Source: Verrucomicrobiota bacterium (lineage in GTDB: Bacteria; Verrucomicrobiota; Verrucomicrobiia; Opitutales; Seribacteraceae). From it: a DNA stretch of 64,000 bases. The position numbers and the translations under genes were made by a program. Numbering within the stretch: position 1 is the first letter of the stretch; each line of letters starts with the position of its first letter. Where the stretch lies: contig JAQBYT010000011.1 of assembly GCA_027622665.1 (NCBI GenBank), forward strand, positions 36,815-100,814, given 5' to 3'. The notes below the pieces were generated by a model that ran no database searches, was not told the DNA's origin, and saw only the letters and a program-made list of their open reading frames with translations. This document shows positions 1 through 9,445 of this stretch, one piece after another.

Positions 1-647
1 TGGATGCCGTCGGCGATAGGAAGCAAGACGCACTCGATCCGCGAGTCCACCGCCAGCTTGGCATTTAGCTCGCGGATGGCCTTGGCGCTCTCGTGGTCTG
101 AAAGTCCCTCCAGAACGCGCCCTCCCCAGAGCATGTTGTCAAACAGAATGAGACCGTTCGGGCGGATGCGAGGCAAGATGCGCTCGTAGTAGGAGTCGTA
201 CTCGGTCTTGTCGGCATCGATGAAGGCGAAGTCAAAGGAGGCGTCGGGATCGAGTTTGTCGAGAGTTTCGATTGCAGGGCCAAGGCGAAGTTCCACCTTA
301 TCGGCAACACCGGCCAGTTCCCAGTACTTGCGGGCGATGGGGGTCCAGTCATCGTCTAAATCGAGACACAATAGTTTGCCGTCCTCCGGTAGAGCTCGGG
401 CCACGCACAAGGCGCTGTAGCCCGTAAATGTGCCCACTTCGATTGCATTTTGCGTCCCGATAAGTTTGGCGAGAATGTATAAAAACTGGCCCTGCTCCTC
501 GCTGATTTGCATGCGGGCGTCCTCACCGAGGGTCGCTGTCTCCTCCCGCAGCGAGGCTAGTACGGAATCCCCTGCCCCGCTTCGCTGACGACGCATAAAC
601 TCGTAGAGGTCATCGTTTAGCGGAAGGTATTTGAGATAATCGCTCAC
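1..647 (-). CDS. Class I SAM-dependent O-methyltransferase (caffeoyl-CoA/COMT-like); 3' end runs off the window
   Basis: Not in the ORF track. Manual translation from GTG at 647 gives MSDYLKYLPLNDDLYEF...IEVGTFTGYSALCVARAL...FDFAFIDADK...GLILFDNMLW, the EVGTFTGYS, FIDADK and DN motifs of this family. Confidence 0.9.
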   Translation of the reverse strand, partial: MSDYLKYLPLNDDLYEFMRRQRSGAGDSVLASLREETATLGEDARMQISEEQGQFLYILAKLIGTQNAIEVGTFTGYSALCVARALPEDGKLLCLDLDDDWTPIARKYWELAGVADKVELRLGPAIETLDKLDPDASFDFAFIDADKTEYDSYYERILPRIRPNGLILFDNMLWGGRVLEGLSDHESAKAIRELNAKLAVDSRIECVLLPIADGI

Positions 648-680
648 GAGGGCGAAACAGGTGCAACTGGATGAATGGTC

Positions 681-1823
681 TTAGTAGACATCACGTAAAT
701 AGCGCTTTTCCTTTTGCATCGCTTTTACGTAAGCAGCGGCACTGTCCTCGTCCATTCCACCTTCCTTGGCAGTGATGTCCTTGAGAGCTTGGTCGACGTC
801 CTTGGCCATCCGATTGGCATCCCCGCACACATAGAAAAGAGCTCCGTCTTGAAGCCAATCCCAAAGCTGTTTGGATTTTTCCAACATCTTATGCTGAACG
901 TAAACTTTGTCTTGTTGGTCGCGAGACCATGCTAAGTCCAAATCGGCTAAGACACCGTCCTCCTTGTACCTGGTCCATTCGTCACCATAGAGATAATCGG
1001 TTTTTGCGGACCGATCGCCAAAGAAGAGCCAATTGCGTCCCTTGGCACCAGTGGCAACCCGCTCTTCAACAAATGCCCGAAATGGAGCGATGCCCGTGCC
1101 GGGACCGACCATGATAATCGGGACATCGGGATCTTCAGGTAGTTTGAAATTTTTGTTAGGATGAAAATAGCAAGGTATCAAGCCGTCAACGCGCTCGGTC
1201 AAATAGGTCGAGCAAACTCCCTTGCGAGAGCGTCCCTGAGATTCGTAAGTCACTACGGCCACGGTCAAATGCACTTCATCGGGATGAGCCTTTAGGCTGG
1301 AAGCAATCGAATAAAGGCGGGGTGGCATGGCACGGAGAAAGCCGATCAAGTCATTGGCAGAAAGTTCGGCGGCAGGAAAATCAACCAACAAGTCTACAAG
1401 CTCCCTACCCCATAAGTATTCCTGCAATTGTTCCTTGTTCTCAATGGCAAGCAATCGTTCCAATTCTGAAGATTGAGCAATGGCGTTGTACTTCTTCAGT
1501 AAAATTTTGGTAATCCCGGTACATGCAAAGTCGGATACCAAGGCTTCGCGAAGAGACTTTTGCTCCTCATCAGAAACATTGACGATTTCATCTCCCGTAA
1601 AGCCACTTCCATTCAAAAGCTCGGTCACGACGGACGGACAATTCGTGGGGATGACTCCCAACGAATCACCGGGATCATATTCTGCATCAATACCTTCCAA
1701 AGAAATCTCAAAATGACGGGTTTCCTTACCCGAACCTTCTCCGCTCAAGTTTACGTTGATGGATAACGGGGCAAGAAAAGGATTATCTTTGGTGAAACCA
1801 CCATGCTCTGCGCTAATGCTCAT
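681..1823 (-). CDS. cysJ: Sulfite reductase flavoprotein CysJ-like, FAD/NADPH-binding domains only (no flavodoxin domain)
   Basis: RLYSIASS, GVCSTYL, MVGPGTGIAPFR, YVCGDANRMAKDV and C-terminal RYLRDVY; only 380 aa. Confidence 0.8.
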   Translation of the reverse strand: MSISAEHGGFTKDNPFLAPLSINVNLSGEGSGKETRHFEISLEGIDAEYDPGDSLGVIPTNCPSVVTELLNGSGFTGDEIVNVSDEEQKSLREALVSDFACTGITKILLKKYNAIAQSSELERLLAIENKEQLQEYLWGRELVDLLVDFPAAELSANDLIGFLRAMPPRLYSIASSLKAHPDEVHLTVAVVTYESQGRSRKGVCSTYLTERVDGLIPCYFHPNKNFKLPEDPDVPIIMVGPGTGIAPFRAFVEERVATGAKGRNWLFFGDRSAKTDYLYGDEWTRYKEDGVLADLDLAWSRDQQDKVYVQHKMLEKSKQLWDWLQDGALFYVCGDANRMAKDVDQALKDITAKEGGMDEDSAAAYVKAMQKEKRYLRDVY

Positions 1824-1952
1824 AAGAACTTTTTTTTCAGTTAATAGGAAACAAACTAGATTTCGGAAAGATAACTTGGTAATGCTGGACGGCGAGGCGA
1901 AAACAGATGAAAAGAGTTTCCGTTTTCTGAATTAAATCCAATTGTATCCTTA

Positions 1953-2228
1953 ATGTCATTTACAAAAGTAGAACTCAGTTCTCAAGAGTGGCTAATTGCC
2001 ATCGACGCATCTTCCTTTGGTCCGGAAGAATGGGAAGAAGCGGCATCCCATCTCCTCGAAAAACTTAATTCGGGAAAACTACAAGCAACATTCCCCGAGA
2101 TCAGGGAGTATTTGTCCTGCTGCGCTCAAGCCGCAATCGGGAGTTATCCGCTTCCACCTTTCGTAGAAATAGTCACAGAATTTTACGATCAATACGGATT
2201 GGACTCGGCAAAGCCCTTGAGTGACTAA
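1953..2228 (+). CDS. Hypothetical protein, 91 aa, acidic
   Basis: ATG-start ORF filling the gap between two minus-strand genes; its stop overlaps the stop of the next gene. Confidence 0.65.
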   Translation: MSFTKVELSSQEWLIAIDASSFGPEEWEEAASHLLEKLNSGKLQATFPEIREYLSCCAQAAIGSYPLPPFVEIVTEFYDQYGLDSAKPLSD

Positions 2229-2752
2229 CCTGCGCGGGCATCATGAGCTGCAGCGACGGCAACGTACTTTTCCGCCCAAGACTTTAGGGAAGCCTGCTCC
2301 TCCTCGCCAAGTGCTCTCTTCACTTTAGCAGGAACACCAGCAACCAAGCTACCCGGAGGGACCTGCATACCTTGGGGCACCAGTGAACCGGCAGCCACTA
2401 TGGAACGACGTCCGATCACTGCTCCGTCAAGAATGGTCGAATTCATGCCGATCAGGCATTCATCCTCCACCACACAGGCGTGAACGACTGCGGCGTGACC
2501 GACAGTAACGTAGTCGCCGATGACGACGGGGAAATCGTCGGCAAGATGAATGACGGTCCCATCCTGAACGTTTGTGGCTTCTCCTATTTGTATGAAGTTG
2601 ATGTCTCCACGAAGCACGCATCCGTACCACACGCTGCTTCGAGCACCCAAACGGACATCGCCAATGACTGTAGCTCCACGGGCAATAAAGACTTCCTCCG
2701 CCAACTGCGGTTCCTTGGAAAGAAAAAGGTCGAGCCGTTCCTGAATGGTCAT
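2225..2752 (-). CDS. Gamma carbonic anhydrase family protein (YrdA/PaaY-like)
   Basis: Hexapeptide repeats; LRGD, NVQDGTVIH and VGHAAVVHAC metal-His motifs. Confidence 0.9.
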   Translation of the reverse strand: MTIQERLDLFLSKEPQLAEEVFIARGATVIGDVRLGARSSVWYGCVLRGDINFIQIGEATNVQDGTVIHLADDFPVVIGDYVTVGHAAVVHACVVEDECLIGMNSTILDGAVIGRRSIVAAGSLVPQGMQVPPGSLVAGVPAKVKRALGEEEQASLKSWAEKYVAVAAAHDARAG

Positions 2753-2873
2753 CTTACCTTATGGAAGAATCAGGTTCGGCTTGAATTTGGAATCTACGCG
2801 ACACATTCGGGAGTTTGACGTTTTCTGTTTGAGAATTCCAATACTTGTCAGTTTATACTCTATTAATATGTAT

Positions 2874-3233
2874 CTATCGATACTTAAGCTCTATTCCGAA
2901 CTGTTGCCAGATATCCTCGCCTAGATGACTTTCAAAGTCTAGCTCTTCCAAAGTGATGTGGAAAGGCCATGACTTAGGGACATCAACTCGTAGCGACCTG
3001 TACCCTTTCTTAGACACGTCAATCCAACGGGTTCCCTGAATATTGGATGGTACTCTCGCCTCTCCTCTAGCATTAGTTTTTGCTGGACCGATGTTCATGG
3101 ACAGTGAAATCGAGTAAATAAGGGCTTGGGGTATTGGCTTGCCCGTCACATCAGTCACCACAACTTTCGGCGATGCGCATCCTACAAGGAAAAGTATAAA
3201 AATAGTAGTAAGAAGATGATATGCATAACTCAC
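2874..3233 (-). CDS. Putative small lipoprotein with a carboxypeptidase-regulatory-like beta-sandwich
   Basis: Hydrophobic leader ending in lipobox FLVG-C; pattern VVVTDVTGKPIPQALI...TNARGEA...VSKKGY. Confidence 0.6.
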   Translation of the reverse strand: MSYAYHLLTTIFILFLVGCASPKVVVTDVTGKPIPQALIYSISLSMNIGPAKTNARGEARVPSNIQGTRWIDVSKKGYRSLRVDVPKSWPFHITLEELDFESHLGEDIWQQFGIELKYR

Positions 3234-3294
3234 GACACTTCTTCGTTCAAACTGTCAATAATCATAGACAGTCCGTTAAGCATCATCTACTTAC

Positions 3295-6200
3295 CTACTG
3301 ACAAGCTTCGCACTCTTCGCCATTGAGCATGGCTTCTATGCTGCAGGCTTTGGCTTCAGCTTCGGTATATGACTTCTTTGCCGTAGGTTCAACAGAAACA
3401 GAATTCATTTTGGGGTCATTCTGCTTTAAATCAACAGTCGCCTTCTCGATATTCGAAGCACCGAGCGTACGCAAGTAATACGTAGTTTTGAGACCCTGTC
3501 GCCAAGCAGCACGGTACATGTGTGAGAGAGTCTTCATTTTTGCTGAACCAAGGAAGAGATTCACGGACTGGGCCTGATCTATCCACTTCTGGCGGCGAGC
3601 TGCTGCTGCTATTACATATTCGTATGGGACATCAAATGCAGTCAAGTACTTCTGCTTAAGATCCTCGGGAATCGATTCTATATCCTTAACCTCTCCATCG
3701 AAGTACTTGAGCTGGTCGCTCATCTCCTTACCCCATAAGCCTTTAGCCTTAAGGTCGCGAACGAGATACTGATTGAGAACCATGAAGTCGCCCGACAAGT
3801 TACTCTTGACGAAAAGGTTTTTGTAAGTGGGTTCGATACATGGAGATGAGCCCATGATATTGGAAATTGTGGCAGTCGGAGCAATGGCGATAACATTGCT
3901 ATTTCGCATACCATTCTTGCTAATCTTTTCTCGAACCGGAGACCAATCCATTCTACCACCTTTAGGAACCTCAATATCCTGACCTCGTTCCTTTTCGAGC
4001 AATGATATTGAATCTTGCGGCAAGATGCCACGATCCCATTTAGATCCCTTGAAACTCGCATAAGAACCTCGTTCAGCGGCGAGATCACTGGATGCTTCAT
4101 ATGTATAGTAGGCAATAGCCTCCATGAATTCGTCGTTGAACTCAACGGCTTGATCAGATGCAAAAGCTATGCCTTTGACATATAGAGCGTTTTGTAAGCC
4201 CATGACACCCAGCCCAATGGGACGGTGACGATTGTTCGAAGTCTTCGCCGCCTCAGTTGGGTAAAAGTTTACATCGATTACATTGTCGAGCGCCCTCACG
4301 GCTATTTGTATGGTCTCTCGCATCTTTTTGTGATCGAGAGAACCGTCGGGCTTGAGGTGAGAATCCAGAACAATCGAGCCTAGGTTGCACACGGCAGTCT
4401 CATCGTGACCGGTATTAAGAGTTATTTCCGTGCAAAGATTCGAACTGTGTATGACCCCAACGTGATCCTGAGGACTGCGAACGTTACAAGTGTCCTTGAA
4501 GGTGATCCATGGATGCCCCGTCTCGAAAAGCACCTTGAGCATTTGCTTCCAAAGATCGATCGCCGGAATCTGCTCGCTCCAGAGTTCACCACTTTCAGCC
4601 TTTGCTTCGTACTCGATGTACTTTTCATCAAACTCTCGTCCGTAAATCTCGTGGAGATCCGGCACTTCGTTGCTTCGAAACAGGGTCCACTTTTCTCGAG
4701 ACTCCATCCGCTTCATGAACAGATCGGGAATCCAATTGGCAGTGTTCATGTCGTGGGTGCGACGACGTTCATCCCCGGTATTCCGACGAAGTTCGAGAAA
4801 CTCCAAGATGTCGTTGTGCCATGTTTCAAGATAGGCACAACCCGAACCCTTCCGCTTGCCGCCTTGGTTTACCGCACAGAGTTGATCGTTGTGTAATTTG
4901 AGAAAGGGAATGACTCCCTGGCTATCCCCATTCGTACCTTGAATATAGCTGCCTGTACCGCGAACGGATGTCCAACTGCCACCCAATCCCCCGGCCCACT
5001 TTGAAAGAAATGCGTTTTCCGCAATCCCTCGATACATTATAGACTCAATCGTGTCGTCCACCTTGTAGAGATAGCAGGAAGAGAGCTGCGAATGCAGGGT
5101 GCCGGAGTTAAAAAGAGTCGGTGTCGACGAGCAGAAACGACGACTTTTGTACAAGTTGTATAGATCGATGGCTTTTTGCTCAGCATTGTCTTCCTCGTGA
5201 GCAAAAAGGCCCATGGCCACGCGCATCCAGAAAAATTGAGGACTCTCCAATCGACGAGGAGTGGCAGAGGTCTTGTCGACAATTAGGTAACGATCGTAAA
5301 GGGTTTGGATGCCAAGATAATCAAAATCCAAGTCTGCGGAAGGGTCTAGGGCAGCCGACAATTGGTCGAGGTCATAGTCACAAAGTTTCGGATCAAGACG
5401 GTCGATCTCTACCCCTCGCTTCAGGTATGCTTTGAACGCTCGCTGATGAAACGTCTTAAGTTGTTCATGGGTGTTGTCCGCCACATTCCAACCCAAGACT
5501 TCCTCGTAAACGTAGCTCAGGAGGATTCGCGCGGCAAACTTGGCAAAATCCGCATCTCGCTCGATGAGAACCTTTGAGTTGAGAATAATGGTGGTCTTAA
5601 GATCGCCCTCCTCGATTTCCGAGAAAACGGAACGACGCAGTTCTTCTTCAATCTGGTCGGGAGTAAGACAAAGAGTTAGCCCAATGGAAGCAAATTCGAT
5701 TCGTTTTTTCAGGTCGACGCCATCCCAGAAAAAAGTGCTTCCGTCGGCCTTTTGGACCACGATCATGGAATCCTGCTTGATCTCGGGAAAAGGATTCCGT
5801 GAATCTCTTTCCACCCGGCGGCGGGCTCGGTAGAGGATATATGCTTCGGCCACCTTGAAGTGTCCCATCCGCATCAGTTCCTCTTGAACGAGATCCTGAA
5901 CGTCCTCGATATTGATGTAGTTTTGTCCTGTGGACAAAGCCTTGCGAGTAACCTCCGCTGAAACCTTAACGGCAGATTCTGAATCAAAACGAAGTGAAAG
6001 GAAAGCCTTTCGAACAGCTACTTCAATCTTGCTGAGACTCCACGGTACGACTTGACCGTTACGGCGGATCAGGCGGAGCGCGGGTGCGGCGACACTTGAA
6101 TCAGTTCCGCCGCGACCCGACTTGCTCCCTCCATTGGAACGAGAAAAAACGAGGCTTTTGGCCACATCGTAAGCATCGTTCTCCACAAGGACCTTCTCGA

Positions 6201-6579
6201 TAAGTCGATACAGTTCCTCGTAGGTCACACGATCCGAATCGTTATTCTCGTCGCCTATTGCGCGCTCGACCAAACGATCAGCGACACCCCGGGTCGACTC
6301 CACCACGAGTTCCCGGTTCTTTTCGTTGTATATATCTTCTTCTTCCCGTGAGATCATCAGGTCGGTCAACGCCTCCCCGATAACCTCAGCCACCTCCGCG
6401 AACTCAAAATCGCGATCACCCGCACCATCATCAATTCGTACCTTCGGCACCTCGAAACTATTATCGCCAAGCGCCCCAGCCCAGTCGAAACTAGGCTTTT
6501 GGTCACGAGGTATTTCGGAAATTTTCTCCAAGATACGATCTTCTTCAAAGGTTAAATTACGCATAGACTCCACTCTCAC
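3295..6579 (-). CDS. nrdA: Ribonucleoside-diphosphate reductase alpha subunit with three N-terminal ATP-cone-like domains
   Basis: SSTPTLFNSG, QLSSCY, SSNLCTEI, AVCNLGS, IAPTATIS, KTTYYLR and C-terminal CEACQ. Start may be 6579 or 6564. Confidence 0.97.
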   Translation of the reverse strand: MRVESMRNLTFEEDRILEKISEIPRDQKPSFDWAGALGDNSFEVPKVRIDDGAGDRDFEFAEVAEVIGEALTDLMISREEEDIYNEKNRELVVESTRGVADRLVERAIGDENNDSDRVTYEELYRLIEKVLVENDAYDVAKSLVFSRSNGGSKSGRGGTDSSVAAPALRLIRRNGQVVPWSLSKIEVAVRKAFLSLRFDSESAVKVSAEVTRKALSTGQNYINIEDVQDLVQEELMRMGHFKVAEAYILYRARRRVERDSRNPFPEIKQDSMIVVQKADGSTFFWDGVDLKKRIEFASIGLTLCLTPDQIEEELRRSVFSEIEEGDLKTTIILNSKVLIERDADFAKFAARILLSYVYEEVLGWNVADNTHEQLKTFHQRAFKAYLKRGVEIDRLDPKLCDYDLDQLSAALDPSADLDFDYLGIQTLYDRYLIVDKTSATPRRLESPQFFWMRVAMGLFAHEEDNAEQKAIDLYNLYKSRRFCSSTPTLFNSGTLHSQLSSCYLYKVDDTIESIMYRGIAENAFLSKWAGGLGGSWTSVRGTGSYIQGTNGDSQGVIPFLKLHNDQLCAVNQGGKRKGSGCAYLETWHNDILEFLELRRNTGDERRRTHDMNTANWIPDLFMKRMESREKWTLFRSNEVPDLHEIYGREFDEKYIEYEAKAESGELWSEQIPAIDLWKQMLKVLFETGHPWITFKDTCNVRSPQDHVGVIHSSNLCTEITLNTGHDETAVCNLGSIVLDSHLKPDGSLDHKKMRETIQIAVRALDNVIDVNFYPTEAAKTSNNRHRPIGLGVMGLQNALYVKGIAFASDQAVEFNDEFMEAIAYYTYEASSDLAAERGSYASFKGSKWDRGILPQDSISLLEKERGQDIEVPKGGRMDWSPVREKISKNGMRNSNVIAIAPTATISNIMGSSPCIEPTYKNLFVKSNLSGDFMVLNQYLVRDLKAKGLWGKEMSDQLKYFDGEVKDIESIPEDLKQKYLTAFDVPYEYVIAAAARRQKWIDQAQSVNLFLGSAKMKTLSHMYRAAWRQGLKTTYYLRTLGASNIEKATVDLKQNDPKMNSVSVEPTAKKSYTEAEAKACSIEAMLNGEECEACQ

Positions 6580-6618
6580 AGTTTATTGTATGTTTCAGCC
6601 AGTAGGATTGTAATCGAA

Positions 6619-7704
6619 TCAGAGCTCATCGTCGGAAACTTCGCCCAACGATGATGCTTTCCGATATTCAGTCACCGTACCCTCAAAGAAATTTTGCTCC
6701 TTCGATACATCCATCATCTCAGCCAACCAAGGAAAGGGATTTGTCGCCGATGGATTCAAAGGTTCCAAACCAACGCCGTTTAGCCGACGATCAGCAATGT
6801 AGTCAATGTACTGGCAAAACTCTTCCGCACTTAGACCAACAGAGTTTTCCGGCAGACAATCCTTTATGAAATCCTTTTCCAAGTCCACGGCTTCAACCAT
6901 CAAGTCGGTCAATTCTTTCTGGAAATCGGGAGTCCAAATCTCTGGGTTTTCATCAATCAAGGCCCGAAACAAATTACGTAGATTTTCGATATGGTTGGAC
7001 TCATCTCGCAAAGTATAGCGAAACATCGTGCCAATCCCGGGAAACTTATTCTGCCTGTAGAGGCTTAGAATCATACCGAAAAGCCCATAAAACTGTGTGC
7101 CTTCCATGCATTGGCCAAAAACAAATATATTTTTCGCAAATTCTTTTTTTTCAGAAACTTGCGTCAAATCCATATCCCTACGCAAACCTTTGGAAACTTT
7201 GGTCACGAAATCGTTTTTTCGATGAATGCTTTCGACCTGCTCGAACATTGCCTCGCATTCGTGAGGATTGATGCCCAGTGAGCTAATCATATACAATAGG
7301 CTATCCGCATGGATGTTCTCCTCGTGAGCGTGTCGCCCAAGCACGAGCTTGAGTTCGGGAGCAGTTACCAACTCGCGAATCACATGCTGCATATTGTCCC
7401 CTACTATTCCTTCCGCCGCCGAGAAGTAACCTATGCCCATCATAATTATCCAACGCTCGCTTTCGCTCAGCTCAAACTGGCTTTTCCATTGCTCGACATC
7501 TCTTTGCATTGAGACTTCCTCGGGTTCCCAGTGGTTTGCCTTCATCTTTCGATAGAGATCATAGGCCCACGGGTACTTGAGCGGCAACAAATTGAAAGCC
7601 ATGGTATCCCGCCCATTAATCACCCGCTTGCCCTCGTAGGCAGCGATCGCCTTGCTTTCGTCTAAAACAAAAACTTTTTCCCCGATTTTATATGTCTTTT
7701 CCAT
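6619..7704 (-). CDS. nrdB: Ribonucleotide reductase beta subunit with class Ic-like signature
   Basis: Ferritin-like ligands FSAAE, EENIH, MEG and DESNH; C-terminal NFFE...EY; adjacent to nrdA. Confidence 0.95.
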   Translation of the reverse strand: MEKTYKIGEKVFVLDESKAIAAYEGKRVINGRDTMAFNLLPLKYPWAYDLYRKMKANHWEPEEVSMQRDVEQWKSQFELSESERWIIMMGIGYFSAAEGIVGDNMQHVIRELVTAPELKLVLGRHAHEENIHADSLLYMISSLGINPHECEAMFEQVESIHRKNDFVTKVSKGLRRDMDLTQVSEKKEFAKNIFVFGQCMEGTQFYGLFGMILSLYRQNKFPGIGTMFRYTLRDESNHIENLRNLFRALIDENPEIWTPDFQKELTDLMVEAVDLEKDFIKDCLPENSVGLSAEEFCQYIDYIADRRLNGVGLEPLNPSATNPFPWLAEMMDVSKEQNFFEGTVTEYRKASSLGEVSDDEL

Positions 7705-7903
7705 GGCTTTAGCTCTCTATCTTTCGGTGGATTTGACTACTGATTCCACCATTTTAATCATTTTTCGCATTAATTCTATCTAAGTTCTGTCGAATGTAAC
7801 ACGATAGATTCGCAAACAATTCGCCGTTAGGAAATTGCACCATGAGTTGGCCGGAAGGAAAAGAAAAGAAAAAAAGAAGAAAAAATGAAATTCGGGACAA
7901 CTC

Positions 7904-7951
7904 ACACAATATACATGGTCTAACTCTTTCCGTAAATACTATATATAGGCT
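7904..7951. promoter_or_regulatory. Tandem NrdR boxes upstream of nrdBA
   Basis: ACACAATATACATGGT (7904-7919, partial match) and ATACTATATATAGGCT (7936-7951, good match) against consensus acaCwAtATaTwGtgt; starts are 32 bp apart. Confidence 0.75.
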
Positions 7952-8172
7952 TGTGCGTGATTTTTGGTAATTTCGTGAAAATCAAAACATGGAAATCCAG
8001 GCCCTTTAAAAGGCATCTTAGTCAAGCCATTTTATTGACCCTTTCGCAAGAAAAAGTTGTTCCAAATTGTCCCCGCCTTCTCCCGGAGTTGTTCACATCG
8101 GGCTTCTCGAGGCTAACGCTTGCGAAACAAGTGCCTCTCGCAGGCAAAACAAACTTAAATCACAACGGCTAT

Positions 8173-9444
8173 TCAGACCCAGTCGTGCAATGGAGCAAGC
8201 GGACCTTGGCAATTATTACCCTCGATCCTCGCTAAAACTTCTCCGAGAAGGTAAATCGATCCGGTAACGACAAACGGAACGTCGTCTGTTTCCACAGATT
8301 TAGAGAGAGGGAACTCGCGTACAACAGTAGAGCGGATAACTTTTCCGGAAAACCCTTGGGGTATCGCGTCCTCCAAGATCTCGTAGGAACAGGCACGGGG
8401 TTGACTCGGGACAAGTAGACGAATTTCTCGAGCATAAAGGGCAACTACGTTCATCAGATCTCTCGCTCGATCTGCTCCTAAGGTTCCGACCAGCACCACG
8501 GGCTTTTCTCCCAAACCCTGAAGATGTTCGTCCAGGCACCGGCAACCCTCGGCATTGTGGGTAGCATCAAGAATAACCGTCCTCCCACATACCTCTATTT
8601 CTTGCCAACGCCCGGGCCATTGGACTTCGACAAGAGCATTGCGGCATTTCGACATTTGCAAAGCAAAACGATCGCGTAATAATTCGCAGGTGGCGATGGT
8701 CACGGCGCCATTTCTTCTCTGATAAGACCCTGCGAGAGAAGTCTTGGGCAATTCCATGCCAAGAAGCCGAGAAGTCACAATCACTCGGCATTCAAGATCC
8801 GCGGCTATTTCGTGCACAACGGCTTCAGCTTCCTCGGGCAACCATCCCAGGACCACTGGTTTGCGCATTTTGAGAATGCCGGCTTTTTCGCGAGCAATGG
8901 AAGCGATGTCATGACCTAGAATATCGCAATGGTCCAATCCTATCGAAGTGATTACGGACACGACCGGATCAACAATATTGGTCGCATCCAGTCTCCCCCC
9001 CAAACCTGTTTCCACAATAGCGACGTCCACCTGATCACGAGCAAAGACATGAAAGGCCATTGCAGCGATAAACTCAAAAAAAGTGGGATATAATTCAGGC
9101 GAACGAAGTAAACCCTGATCAGCGAGCGGACGCATCCATTCGACACATTCAACGATTTCTTGATCAGAAATGGCTTGGCCGTCGACCCGAATGCGTTCAC
9201 CAAGTCGTACCAAGTGAGGAGAAGTAAAAAGTCCTGTCTTAAACCCGTTCGCTCGAAAACATGCTTCCAGCATAGCGCAAACGGAGCCTTTGCCGTTAGT
9301 TCCTGCAACGTGGATGACTGGATATTGTCGTTCCGGATGCCCCAAAAGTCGGGCAAAGGCCTTCATCCGATCAATCCCAAAAGTAGACCCGCGATTTCGC
9401 AGGCCAAACAAAAAGCTTACGGCGTCCTCGATCGAGGTAGGCAA
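8173..9444 (-). CDS. folC: Folylpolyglutamate synthase/dihydrofolate synthase
   Basis: IHVAGTNGKGS, FTSPHL, ETGLGGRLDATN, WPGR, DATHN, GSIYL. Likely TTG start at 9444 just after the accD stop. Confidence 0.93.
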   Translation of the reverse strand: MPTSIEDAVSFLFGLRNRGSTFGIDRMKAFARLLGHPERQYPVIHVAGTNGKGSVCAMLEACFRANGFKTGLFTSPHLVRLGERIRVDGQAISDQEIVECVEWMRPLADQGLLRSPELYPTFFEFIAAMAFHVFARDQVDVAIVETGLGGRLDATNIVDPVVSVITSIGLDHCDILGHDIASIAREKAGILKMRKPVVLGWLPEEAEAVVHEIAADLECRVIVTSRLLGMELPKTSLAGSYQRRNGAVTIATCELLRDRFALQMSKCRNALVEVQWPGRWQEIEVCGRTVILDATHNAEGCRCLDEHLQGLGEKPVVLVGTLGADRARDLMNVVALYAREIRLLVPSQPRACSYEILEDAIPQGFSGKVIRSTVVREFPLSKSVETDDVPFVVTGSIYLLGEVLARIEGNNCQGPLAPLHDWV

Positions 9445-9445
9445 T

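Noticed and set aside
8057..8097. DnaA-box-like 9-mers (TTGTTCACA and weaker) upstream of nrdB
   Set aside because: All mismatch the consensus and cannot be told from chance.
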